DNA of 64,000 nucleotides from Tubiluchus corallicola (Eukaryota; Animalia; Priapulida): NCBI GenBank assembly GCA_030141605.1, contig JAQGDQ010000481.1, positions 107,565 to 171,564 of the forward strand, read 5' to 3'. Shown piece by piece: positions 25,110 to 37,859 of this stretch (position 1 is its first letter; each line of letters starts with the position of its first letter). The notes under the pieces were generated by a model. It saw only the letters and a program-made list of their open reading frames with translations, ran no database searches and was not told where the DNA came from. The position numbers and the translations under genes were made by a program.

Positions 25110-25687
25110 CAGTCAACCTCGGGTATAAGGTACTCGGTTATAAGGGACATTCGCTTGTAAGGGACCAACAACACCGGTTTATCCTATGTAAAAATCTTTG
25201 TATATAAGGTACTCGAATATAAGGGACTCTCAGTTATAAGGGACATTCGCTTATAAGGGACCACCAACATTGGTCCCAATTTTTCGTAACGTTTTTCTAT
25301 GTAAAAATCTTCGTATATAAGGTACCCATATATAAGGGACTTTCGGTTACAAGGGACGATATCTTCAGGTCCCGTGTAATAGAAACCCAGGTAAATTACC
25401 TCGCATATGAGGGACCCTATGATCAAAGCGAAATTTATCGATTTTTAACCTCAATTTTTCACAAACTCAGCCTTTGAACAGCTCGGTTTCCACGGTCACA
25501 TACATCTCGCATCACTGAAGGAGCTTCCTACATACCGTTTGCACTGAATGTGTTGCACTAATCCATAAAAATATGGGAAAAAGTACAGAAGAGTAAAAGT
25601 CTAGATACACCCTCGATCTTGCTCAACATCGGCTATAAGAGACGTTTTTTCTGGTCCCGAGGTGTCCCTTATGTTCGAGGTTGACTG
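25110..25687. mobile_element. Tc1/mariner (pogo/Tigger-like) MITE
   Basis: TA|CAGTCAACCTCG ... CGAGGTTGACTG|TA; internal TATAAGGGAC repeats. Confidence 0.82.
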
Positions 25688-26926
25688 TATATTATTTCTT
25701 TACTTTTTATTTTTATTAGACAAAAACAAAATTACAATTCCGTGATCAGATATGCTACATACAATGATACAAACTAAAAACATAATTACTACAATTACTT
25801 ATCAAGTGAGCAATCAATTAGTGAACAAATGATGTAACTACCTGCAGCAGAGCTAAAAGCTGGAACCTGGAAAACGCAGCTGCAATGCAAGGTGTGTTGT
25901 TAGGTGTTAGGGGCAGGACAAAGAGATGCGCAATGAAAAGAGATGACATGACGGTAAAATTAGGACGTAAGTAAGTAATGCAAGTAAAAGAGAAGAAAAA
26001 ATCTAAAAATTATAATAAAGAAATGAAAGAAACAATGAGATGATAATGATGAAAATGTAATGAAATGGTTATAGCACGATACGTCATTTATGTATACTGT
26101 GGAATGTAACTGTCAAAACTTGAAGACTAAATCCAACTAATATATATTTAATACACATGTGTTCATCTAAATGTATTATGTTAATACATTAACCCTCATT
26201 TGGTTAATTTGACTTCATCGATGTTTTTTTACCTATACGGGTGTTTTCTAATCATATTGTATATTGATGTGTTGTATATGTATTGCTGAAGTGAAATAAA
26301 TTGATTTGATTTGATTTGATATTCTACTGCAATATACATTACGTAACATATACATAATATATATCTACAGCATGTTAAGCACCATGGAATGTAGTACAGG
26401 TACAGTCAGTAGATAAACTGTTATTTTTGCATACGCAGGATGCTTAGCCAATACCCATGTAAATACACCTGTTCTCAATGGACACCCAGCAATTTATTAA
26501 CCAGGCTTGGTGTTGCTAAACTTCAGTTGGTAAGCACTGACACCTCAGAGGCTAGTAAACAGTCAATTGTTTACAGTATGTTAAACACCGTAAAAACTAG
26601 CACTGTGGTACTGTCAATAAGATATTATTACAAATATTACATTATATTTCTTCGATACTCCTCATTTCTGAAATGAATTTAGCCGTATACCTCGTGTATC
26701 TTTTGTGTACCTTTTATTTAGCAAATGTTAGCACCAGTGTTACAGAAAGTTCTACATATAGCAGTGAATCTGTATTTAGTGATTATACAAGCACTGATCA
26801 CAGCTTAAGCTCTGAAGCTACTTAACATACCATACACATATGTATTCTACTCTACATTGGAGCTATTTTCATCTATGTTTATCGCGATTGTTTAACAAAT
26901 GTAGTTACTGGCATAATTTTTTGCAG

Positions 26927-27005
26927 GTGAGAAATGCCATAGTAGGGCGTGGCGGAGAAAGATGGGTGGATGGTATAGTGCCGTATAAGCTACATCCTGA
27001 AATTA
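26927..27005 (+). CDS. Astacin exon 3, VRNAIVGRGGERWVDGIVPYKLHPEI
   Basis: Mature N-terminus R|NA and W..G.VPY; ttgcag acceptor and gtgagt donor. Confidence 0.9.
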
Positions 27006-27356
27006 GTGAGTTCATTAGATTGTAAACAGTCGAATTTCACGATACTAAAGCATTTTTAGATATCATGCACATGTATCATTAAATTTATCATTTAACAGTA
27101 TTAATCATTACTAAATTCAGTAGTTTTCTTACTACGTTTTCTTATTTTATGTTTTCTTTTGAATTCTTTCCTTCTTCTGTTTTCTTTCTACTAATTGCAA
27201 CATATCTCTTCTTTGTTCTTCTCTTCTCTCATTGTCTTCATTCTTTATTTCACGTTTCATGGCGGCTTACCAAGATCCCCTTTTTAGCTACCATACAGCA
27301 ATCTTCAACACTTTAATGTAGTATGTTTGATTATTTATTGTTTACTGTTTATCGTA

Positions 27357-27909
27357 CCGGGCGATTGTTTAGACAAAATCTCATTTTAATTTACTGTCCA
27401 AAATATACGCTTTCTTGCCTATAAAAGTTAACAATTGTTCCTTATATTTGAATAATTAGCTTAGAAAGTTAATTAACGGCAACCGAACACAGCTATTGCT
27501 TACGTCACAAACTAACCACAGTCTGTACAATGGCAGGCGTCTTCCCTTGTGCATCAAGCACGTTTACATAAGTGTTACAGTACTGTTTGAGCGCATAATG
27601 TCACTAAAAACGGGCTTTACATCATATGACGTCAGAAACTAACACTGCAGTTCATGATTTCATGATCATGGTTCTCACGGTACCGCCTTCTATTTGTCAG
27701 CCACGCGAATGTGACAAAAAGGCACCGTTGCCAATCTTAGTAGATTCACTGAACCGCGCGTAGCTTTAAAAGTTTAACGAAATTTGAGTGTCCGAGGTAA
27801 TTATTATTTAATCTAAGCGTTGATTTAAAAAAAGCTATTGTAGTTTTCAATATTTTAGAGCATCCTTTATTCTGAAATAATGTTTACACAATCATCCGGT
27901 TTTCATTTT
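27357..27909. mobile_element. Kolobok-like MITE, inverted relative to 13030-13570
   Basis: Reverse-complement homology throughout. Confidence 0.7.
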
Positions 27910-28089
27910 ACTTAGTGCTACAATGATAGGGCGATCGAAATAGTTTTCTTAAACACTCGTTGTAGGTAACTTTTAGTTCTTTAGTAATATAGGTATTGTA
28001 ATTCCTCCACAATGGTATGCCATATTCATGTGTGCGATAAGTCTTAAACAAATGTACCTTTACTATAAAATTACTACATATTTACTACA

Positions 28090-28677
28090 AAACGAAAACC
28101 TCGGATGTAAGAGATACCACCAGACTGGAAAAACCGTCCCTTTTATCCGATGTCCCTTATAGCCGAAGTTGAGTGAGACCGCGGGTGTATCTAGACCGGA
28201 ACTTTTCTGTACTTTTACTCATATTTTAATGTATTGTTGCTACGCATTCAGCACAAACGGTATGTAGGAAGCTCCTTCAGTGATGCGAGATGTATGTGAC
28301 CGCGGAAACCGAGCTGTTCGAAGGCTGAGTTTGCGAAAAATTGAGGTTAAAAATCGATCAATTTCGCTTTGATCATAGGGTCCCTTATATGCGAGGTAAT
28401 TTACCTGGGTTTCTATTACGCGGGACCTGAAGATATCGTCCCTTATAACCGAAAGTCCCTTATATCCGAGTACCTTATATACAAAGATTTTTACATAGAA
28501 AAACGTTACGGAAAATTGGGACCGGTGTTTTTGGTCTCTTATAGGCGAATGTCCCTTATAAGCGAGTACCTTATATGCGAAGATTTTTACACAGAAAAAA
28601 CGTTACGAAAATGTTGGTGGTCCATTATAAGCGAGTGTCCCTTATAACCGACTACCTTATACCCGTGAGGTTGACTG
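28090..28677. mobile_element. Tc1/mariner-like MITE, inverted copy of 25110-25687
   Basis: Mirror ORFs MIIGSLICEVIYLGFYY; ends GAGGTTGACTG|TA. Confidence 0.8.
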
Positions 28678-28717
28678 TAGATTCTAATTAGAATGTTTGT
28701 TGCGTTTGAAATTTCAG

Positions 28718-28840
28718 ATTGTCATAACAGATACGGATACGACCGAGTGTGCGATCCCTGGGCTACTAAGGGCTATTGTGAATCTGAGGAATACTATATG
28801 AAAGATTACTGCCAAAAATCTTGTGGTTTCTGTGCTGGCA
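28718..28840 (+). CDS. Astacin exon 4, internal ShKT domain CHNRYGYDRVCDPWATKGYCESEEYYMKDYCQKSCGFC
   Basis: 123-nt phase 1-1 exon; tttcag acceptor and gtaagt donor; six Cys with C..W and CxKSCxxC. Confidence 0.88.
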
Positions 28841-29224
28841 GTAAGTATTCATGAAACTTTGTTTGTTATTCCAAATAACTGTGATGACTCTGAAAAGGAA
28901 AAATAGTTTCGCTGGTTTCGTGTTAGTATTTGTTAGAAAGCTGTTAGTATTTGCCAGCCCTCCGTCTTCAAGTTTGTTAGAAAGCTGTTAGTATTTGCCA
29001 GCCCTCCGTCTTCAAGTCAGTTCCTAATCTCCTCGAGGTGCGGGCATCAACCACTTTTGACTAACTCGCTAATGCGCCGTGAGCTTCTGCGCATAAGGGT
29101 TTCATCAACATGAGTCGGTCAGCCGGTCGAAGGTCGGTTGGTCACGTGATGCCACACGTAACTAGGCTTTTTGTCAAGCATTTATATATATATATATATT
29201 ATGTATATTATTAATATATATATA

Positions 29225-29860
29225 TATATTAATTGTTTATTTGTCATTAAAATGGTTCACTCATTATAATAAAATTAAATAATCCTCAGCGTAATGTTAA
29301 AACAACAACACTGTTCAAGACAAATGCGTCCAGTGCATACTAAAAAAACTAAAGTGCAAAACTAAGGCCTAATTATATACAATAAATGAACATATTTACA
29401 AACACCATAAAATATTTTTACAAAACAATATTACAAAAGTACATTAAATTTTACATGACATATTTTACACTATATATACATTTGACATGACACAATTAAC
29501 AGAAACATACCTTATATTACATAAATTTCACTCATTACATTTACACTATTTATACATTTGACATTACAAAACTAACATAACACCTATTACATTACATAAT
29601 TTTAAAAAAAATTTCATTCTTAATCGTTTTATGGAGTCAGGGGCGGGGGCAGATGAAAGTTGAGTCTGTGTAATTAGTATCAGATGCACATTGTGGAAGT
29701 TGAAACCTGTTATATTGATATTCTTGTAATTTCTTTTTAAAGTGGTGGAGAGATTCTATTTGTTTTATTTCACTGGGTAGTAAGTTCCATAAATGTATAG
29801 CCTGTTTTGATATAGAGTTATTTCCAAATTTATTGTTTACTGTAATTTGCTTTATCTTGA
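29225..29860 (-). mobile_element. LINE 3' end, inverted copy of 22500-23068
   Basis: Reverse-complement homology; extends slightly further 5' than the 22500 copy. Confidence 0.75.
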
Positions 29861-29932
29861 GTTATCAAGTTAAATAATTTAATGGCCAATTTCATCAAAA
29901 TCATTATTTAACACAGCTCCCCTTTACTCTAG

Positions 29933-30050
29933 GTACCAGGCAATCGTCTTCAATACGTCTCGCATTAGATGTCATTTAATCAAAAACGTGTGTTCGCTTT
30001 GTGCCCTGGACAAACCAATCAGACTACGTCTACGTTGTGCCTAAAGATGG
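29933..30050 (+). CDS. Astacin exon 5, STRQSSSIRLALDVI*SKTCVRFVPWTNQSDYVYVVPKDG
   Basis: ctctag acceptor and gtaagt donor; TCVRF motif; TAA at 29977-29979. Confidence 0.85.
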
Positions 30051-31000
30051 GTAAGTCATAATTTGTTCCGTTCATATTTACTGATCGCATTGGTCTTCGG
30101 TAATGATATTTTACCATCAGATTTTACGTAAAATTCTTAGTTGGTATTGTTAATCCAATCACGAGTTCTGACTGTCGTGTTTTTCGGCAGGTAACTCGGC
30201 AAACATGTCAAAGGACAAGAAAAGGGGCAGCTGAAGTAGGTTTCAGAAAAATTGCCTTAAAAATTATATTACTTTACAGCAATTTTATGCACATATTGTA
30301 TTCGTGTTGAAAGGAATTTTCGTTTTGTTTTCATCTTAAGTCTATCGCAATACTGTTCCGACGACGTCATTGCATGACGTCACTAAAATGCGTAAATCAG
30401 GGGAAGAAAAGGAAATGTTAAATTATGACCCGAAAAACTTTCCGTGCAAATCTATATTACTTAGCATTTAGCTTACCTGCTGTAAACACTTATGTAACTA
30501 GAATAATCATTTAAAATGTTAGTGCCAACTGGTAAAATGTCGCTGACTCACCCTCCAGGGTGCGCCACTCACTAGCCAAAAACGTTTTTTTCATCTTATT
30601 GACAAGATTCAGTGATTTAAAATTTTACTTAATTAGCAACATGTGTGCTACGAATGCACTGCTGTACATAGGGAATCTTTTTCATCGTATTAATTCCACC
30701 AGGTACTGGATTTTTGAATAGAGCATCAGTAATTGAACACCTTATACTTTCGTGTACATTGATAATTGTTTCTGATATCGTATCTGTTCTTTGAAATTTC
30801 TATAATTAAGTATCGAATAATGAACTACTAGTATTTTTGATTAACTATTTTGTGTAATTATATTCTCGAACTAGTTTACTCTATACATTACCCAAATATA
30901 TATGTATAACATATGCATATAACGAAGCCAAGTTTTACAGGCAATTCCGAATAAGTACAACTTTAGATTAAAGGGCAAGCAGAGAGAAATCTTCCGAACA

Positions 31001-31253
<253 letters not shown>

Positions 31254-31303
31254 TGTACTTTGACATAGCTGTTAGTAACTCGATGCATTGTTGATTTTCC
31301 TAG

Positions 31304-31488
31304 CTGTTGGTCACATGTTGGACGTCGTACAGAACTGCGAGGACAGGATATGAGCTTGCCCAGTGATTCATGTGGCGGCATAGGACTCATTATTCACGAA
31401 TTCTTGCACGCTTTAGGCTTCTTTCATGAACAATCGAGAACAGACAGAGATCACTATGTCTTCATTAATTACAGCAATATTCATCCAC
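31304..31488 (+). CDS. Astacin exon 6, zinc-binding motif HEFLHALGFFHEQSRTDRD
   Basis: HExxHxxGxxHExxRxDRD at 31395-31451; GCWSHVG; cctag acceptor and gtaaat donor. Confidence 0.95.
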
Positions 31489-32410
31489 GTAAATACTAAT
31501 TAAACTGTTCTTTGTTGTTAAGCAGGGGTACGTGTTTAGACGATTCATTCTACATTAACATGAGTTTTCAATATGTAAAGGGCATGCATTGGTGTATACT
31601 TGCCCTGCATATGCAGGGTTTGTCTTTATTTGTTTTGAAAATAAACGACATTTAATAATAATAACAGCAACAACAACAACACCAACAACCGTCGCTGCCG
31701 CCACCGCCGCCATCACTACACCACCACCACCGCGCCACGACCAATATCATGACCACGACCTCAACAACAACAACAACAACAACAAAACAACAACAACCAC
31801 TACCTCAACAACAACAACCACGACCAAGACCACGACCTCAACAACAACAACCACCATCACCACGACCTCAGCGACAACAACAATAACAACAATTTGTTTC
31901 ATATTTCTTATTTAATTTGGTAATTACAATTACAATTTATATAACACATACACTGTTTACAAGGATATAATTACATACAAATATAACGCTTATATTACTT
32001 TTTTTCTTTCACTGTGTGGGACAATCTAACAAGCCCTGCTTTTTGATTACCCGCAACACATTTACCTTCGTGTATAAGTGAAGAGTGTTTGAGGCTTTTC
32101 CTGTGCAGTATTTCTTATTTGTATTATATCCATTGTAGGCCCTTTCACTAGATATTGTATATGTAACCATTGTAAATGTGTAATGAGAAATAAATGACTT
32201 ATCACTCATGACGCTACAAAAACGTTATACTTCAAAGCTTAAAAACTACGTTACTAAGAATACAATATTACAAGTCACATTCAATAATTTAAACTAAAGA
32301 CAGAACATCAAACCTTGATGTATAAACCCAATCGTATAACATAAATATACATAAACACAAATATAAGATAGTTGCATACACATGTAGTATTTAATATACA
32401 CAGGTTATTT

Positions 32411-32565
<155 letters not shown>

Positions 32566-32702
32566 CCGTCAGTGTTGTTGAGTGACAAACTCGTCCGATC
32601 TTATCTTCATATTTTTGGTCCTGCTTCTGTGGCCTTTGACCTGGAGGTCACCATTGTATATGTATATATACATAAATTTATACATTATGTGTTATATCGA
32701 AT

Positions 32703-33290
32703 ATATTATATATTATGTTATGTTATGTTATGTTATGTTATGTTATGTTATGTTATGTTATGTTATGTTATGTTATGTTATGTTATGTTATATTATATTA
32801 TATTATATTATATTATATTATATTATATTATATTATATTATATTATATTATATTATATTATATTATATTATATTATATTATATTATATTATATTATATTA
32901 TATTACATTACATTACATTACATTACATTACATTACATTATATTATATTATATTATATTATATATTATATTATATTATATTATATTATATTATATTATAT
33001 TATATTATATGATATTATATGATATGATATTATATGATATGATATGATATGATATGATATGATATGATATGATATGATATGATATGATATGATATGATAT
33101 GATATGATATGATATGATATGATATGATATGATATTATATTATATTATATTATATTATATTATATTATATTATATTATATTATATTATATTATATTATAT
33201 TATATTATATTATATTGCATTGCATTGCATTGCATTGCATTTCATTGCATTGCATTGCATTACATTACATTACATTACATTATATTATAC
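32703..33290. repeat. Compound pentanucleotide array (TATGT, TATAT, TACAT, GATAT, TGCAT)
   Basis: Direct reading. Confidence 0.95.
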
Positions 33291-33511
33291 ATATATATAA
33301 TTCGTTTTTTAATTTATAATAATTTCATTCGGGAACTGAAACATTTTAAAAGAAAATATGGAGAATTTTAGTATCATTTGAGTCTAATGATAATTTTAGT
33401 TTGTCATCATCTGATAAGTAAGTAAGTTTGGATACAGAGAGCTAATTTCTGTATAAACTTTGTTTCTTAGTTGTGCATATCATAATCTTTCTTTAACTTT
33501 GTTTGCTACAG

Positions 33512-33751
33512 TTGCAGTATACAACTTTCGCAAGCATGAGTACTGGCATTTGAGAACTCTAGGAGAAACGTACGATTATGGTAGCATACTGCACTACGGT
33601 CGCAAGGAGATGGCCTGGGACCGCAGGTACAACTCTATTACTCCCCGCAAGCCAGGCGTGTCCATTGGTCAGCGATTCGGCATGAGTGATGCTGATGTGA
33701 GGAAAATCAATAAGCTTTATGACTGTGTTGAATTTCTCAATGATACAGCAG
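33512..33751 (+). CDS. Astacin exon 7, Met-turn region and end of the catalytic domain
   Basis: YNFRK...YDYGSILHYG...IGQRFGMSDADVRKINKLYDC; tacag acceptor and gtaaat donor. Confidence 0.92.
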
Positions 33752-34936
33752 GTAAATATCTTTGATGAAGTTTGATTACTGAGGCCCATTTCACAGTGAA
33801 GACGCAAGGAAAATCAATAAGCTTTATGACTGCGTTGAATTTCTCAATGATACAGCAGGTAAATATCTTTGATGAAGTTTGATTACTGAGGCTCATTTCA
33901 CAGTGAAGACGCAAGGAAAATCAATAAGCTTTATGACTGTGTTGAATTTCTCAATGATACAGCAGGTAAATATCTTTGATGAAGTTTGATTACTGAGGCC
34001 CATTTCACAGTGAAGACGCAAGGAAAATCAATAAGCTTTATGACTGCGTTGAATTTCTCAATGATACAGCAGGTAAATATCTTTGATGAAGTTTGATTAC
34101 TGAGGCTCATTTCACAGTGAAGACGCAAGGAAAATCAATAAGCTTTATGACTGTGTTGAATTTCTCAATGATACAGCAGGTAAATATCTTTGATGAAGTT
34201 TGATTACTGAGGCTCATTTCACAGTGAAGACGCAAGGAAAATCAATAAGCTTTATGACTGTGTTGAATTTCTCAATGATACAGCAGGTAAATATCTTTGA
34301 TGAAGTTTGATTACTGAGGCTCATTTCACAGTGAAGACGCAAGGAAAATCAATAAGCTTTATGACTGTGTTGAATTTCTCAATGATACAGCAGGTAAATA
34401 TCTTTGATGAAGTTTGATTACTGAGGCTCATTTCACAGTGAAGACGCAAGGAAAATCAATAAGCTTTATGACTGTGTTGAATTTCTCAATGATACAGCAG
34501 GTAAATATCTTTGATGAAGTTTGATTACTGAGGCTCATTTCACAGTGAAGACGCAAGGAAAATCAATAAGCTTTATGACTGTGTTGAATTTCTCAATGAT
34601 ACAGCAGGTAAATATCTTTGATGAAGTTTGATTACTGAGGCTCATTTCACAGTGAAGATGCAAGGAAAATCAATAAGCTTTATGACTGCGTTGAATTTCT
34701 CAATGATACAGCAGGTAAATATCTTTGATGAAGTTTGATTACTAAGGCCCATTTCACAGTGAAGACGCAAGGAACATGAATAAGCTTTATGACTGTGTTG
34801 AATTTCTCAATGATACAGCAGGTAAATATCTTTGATGAAGTTTGATTACTAAGGCCCATTTCACAGTGAAGACGCAAGGAAAATCAATAAGCTTTATGAC
34901 TGTGTTGAATTTCTCAATGATACAGCAGGTAAATAT
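33700..34936 (+). repeat. 107-bp tandem repeat (11 full units plus one partial) containing the exon-7 end and donor
   Basis: Units start at 33700, 33807 ... 34877. Confidence 0.95.
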
Positions 34937-35017
34937 GTTTGATTAAGTTCGAAATCCCAATTAGCAAGAAAGTTCATTTCAAAGTGCTTGGATGGGTGAC
35001 AGCCTAGAAATACCAGG

Positions 35018-35579
35018 TGCTGTAGGCTTGCAGGATGCCCACTGTGTATCTCGACGCTAGGCGGAGGAGCTGCACAAGCAGCCAACGGCTAGAGAGCGGA
35101 GGAGGCAAGGCAGCTGGAGATCGTTGCGAAGGTTACAAGTCAGTAGAGGACCGTTGCTAGGCTTTCAAGTCAGCACAGAAGAGTTGCTAGGCTTTCAAGT
35201 CAGCAGAGGACCATTGGTAGGCGTCCCACATGCACAGAAGACGGTTGTTATGCTTCCAAGTCAGCATAGAATCTTTGCTAGGCTTCCAAGTCAGCAGAGG
35301 GCTGTTGCTAGGCAAAGTCTAAAAATAGGGCTGATTGCATACCTAAAAAAAGTACTCCAGCAGAGCTAGAAAAAGTAGGCGTGAACAGTATATAAGGTGC
35401 TGCTGCAGCTGGCTGTGACGTCGAGGATTACGTACTCGACACGTGCACTTGACTTCCGTGTACGGCTCTGTACAAGACTTCTCCTTACAATGAACATGTT
35501 ATATGTGAATGTACCTTAATAAAGCTACTACACATCACACGCATATGTTAAACTAGACTTCAGCACCCTTACGTCAACA
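35018..35579 (+). mobile_element. Possible solo LTR
   Basis: TG...CAACA ends, internal repeats of about 30 bp (35124-35312), TATATAA near 35389, AATAAA near 35518; no TSD found. Confidence 0.3.
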
Positions 35580-35654
35580 AGCGAGTCTATTTATATGGTT
35601 CTTATACTCACGCTTTATTAAACTACAAGAACTTCTTTAACAACTTAATTTCAG

Positions 35655-35789
35655 AATGCACCAACTCTTATCCGTTCTTAGACGCTGACAGCTATTGTAA
35701 CAAATGGGCTGCTGATGGGTTTTGTTGGTGGGATCAAGATTTTATGAATAAATGGTGCCGAAAAGCTTGCCGAGTTTGCGCTGACTATG
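35655..35789 (+). CDS. Astacin exon 8, ShKT domain CTNSYPFLDADSYCNKWAADGFCWWDQDFMNKWCRKACRVC
   Basis: 135-nt phase 1-1 exon with a six-Cys ShKT pattern. Confidence 0.88.
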
Positions 35790-37177
35790 GTAAGAAATTA
35801 CATTATATAATGAGTTAAGTTTGTAATTTTGCCTGTTGATAAAGGTTTGCCAGGTCTTGGGCAAAAACGTTACTTGACATAAGTAAATAATACATGAACA
35901 TAATCTTCAAAGTGACTTTAGGTTTGTTAATCCTAAATCTTCATGCCGGGAGCGTTTAGGCTGATGGTACTACGGGGGTCAGAACATGGAGACCTGGGAT
36001 CAACCATGGAATTTTAGCATTAATAAGCAATTCAGAATAGTGGGACCTCACCAGTATGATTTTGACTTTAAAACACTTCAGTTTTTCTTTATGTTATCAA
36101 CCCTTTCCGTGATAGTAATGTAAATGAGAAAACAAAAACAGTGAAATAAAGTTCGCGTACTTATTTAAACAACAATAAACAACAGATCAATCGGCAAATA
36201 TCAAAAATACAATCAGGTTAGCATAAAACAAAGGGGAGCTGGCTACTGCTTGGAACATCAGTCCCACACACAGTTTTCAGATAACTTCTGCACTAGAACG
36301 TAACATTAAAGAGTCATTTCCAGTTGTCGGAGATAGACAGAAAGTTCTCAGCAAGAATGCAGTCCAGTGTGAACACAGCATTCAGCAACACACGACATGA
36401 GCAGCGTATTTATGAAGTTTATCAGTCCCACACACAGTTTTCAGATGAGTAAACTTCTGCACTAGAACGTAACATTAAAGAGTCATTTCCAGTTGTCGGA
36501 GATAGACAGACAGTGGTCAGCAAGAACACAGTCCAGTGTCCAAACACTGTCTGTCCATACAGTGACAAACCACCATTACCACCATTAGTTCATAAGTTGA
36601 ACTCCCAAAGTAAACTTGTCTCTTAAGGTAACATAAGAGGGTATGCATACCTGAGTTCTTGTAAGCAATGTAAAGGCACCTCACCAAACACTGTCGTCCA
36701 TACAGTGACAAACCTCAGTGGTGGCACTGTCCCAAATTGTAGAGTCCAGGTAAGAATACCAACATCGAAAAACAACACAACCAGAGTATGTGGCAGGTGC
36801 TGTCAAGACTGGCTTAACATCAATCACTGCTCAAAGCCAACACATATTAGTCCATGCTTCAACGATCACAAAGCTGTAGCTCTATCATACGCTTGTAACA
36901 GTAGCCAGCAGATGGCAGCAGCCAGCAGTGCAGGACCAGCTAATAGTTTATATATTTCTACAAGATAGTCATTATGCCAAAAATAATAGATAAATAATAA
37001 TCAGCTTGTTACGTCCACTTTAATTGGAGATACGTCATACTGACGTAGTCCTCGATAACTAATAACCTACAATAAAAGGTATATTTTTCTTTGTGCGGTT
37101 TGTGTAAGCGTTACTAACTGAACATACATGTGTCAATATTACTGAACAAGATTTATAATAATAATAGTAAGTTTACG

Positions 37178-37657
37178 TGATAATACTAAAATAAACCTAA
37201 CTTACCACGTGACTTATCATTTTCTTTAGCACACCACAAACAGTTTAAGTGATAATGCTAAAATAAACCTAACTTACCACGTGACTTATCATTTTCTTCA
37301 ACACACCACAAACAGTTTAAGTGATAATACTAAAATAAACCTAACTTACCACGTGACTTATCATTTTCTTTAGCACACCACAAACAGTTTAAGTGATAAT
37401 ACTAAAATAAACCTAACTTGCCATGTGACTTATCCTTTCCTGGAGCAAACAACAAACAGTTTAAGCGATAATACTGAAATAAACCTAACTTGCTACCTGA
37501 CTTAATTTTTCCTTTAGCACACCACAAACAGTTTCAGTGATAATACTAAAATAAACCTATCTTGCCACGTGACTTATCCTTTCCTTTAGCACACCACAAA
37601 CACTTTAAGTGATAATACTAAAATAAACCTAACTTGCCACGTGACTTATCCTTTCCT
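37178..37657. repeat. 72-bp minisatellite, about 6.7 copies
   Basis: Unit gtgataatactaaaataaacctaacttrccacgtgacttatc...cacaaacagtttaa. Confidence 0.92.
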
Positions 37658-37713
37658 CTAAGAAGGTGTAAAATGATATTTTCCACTCAAACTTTTTTCT
37701 TTACTTTTCGTAG

Positions 37714-37859
37714 CCTCGCCGGAGAGCTTCTTGACCGTGGATGAAGCCGCGAGTGACTGCAAGGACACCAGCATCTACTGTCCAGTCTGGGCTTCACAGG
37801 GACAATGTTATAACACCAATGTCAATTTCGTTTGCAAAAAGTCGTGTGGAAAGTGTTAA
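37714..37859 (+). CDS. Astacin last exon, ShKT domain CKDTSIYCPVWASQGQCYNTNVNFVCKKSCGKC*
   Basis: Pyrimidine-rich acceptor cgtag; six-Cys ShKT pattern; TAA ends at 37859; AATAAA near 38002. Confidence 0.9.

Noticed and set aside
26439-26529. cag...gtaagc exon-like segment in astacin intron 2
   Set aside because: In the phase required after exon 2 it reads GAT GCT TAG (stop), and exons 2 and 3 join cleanly without it.
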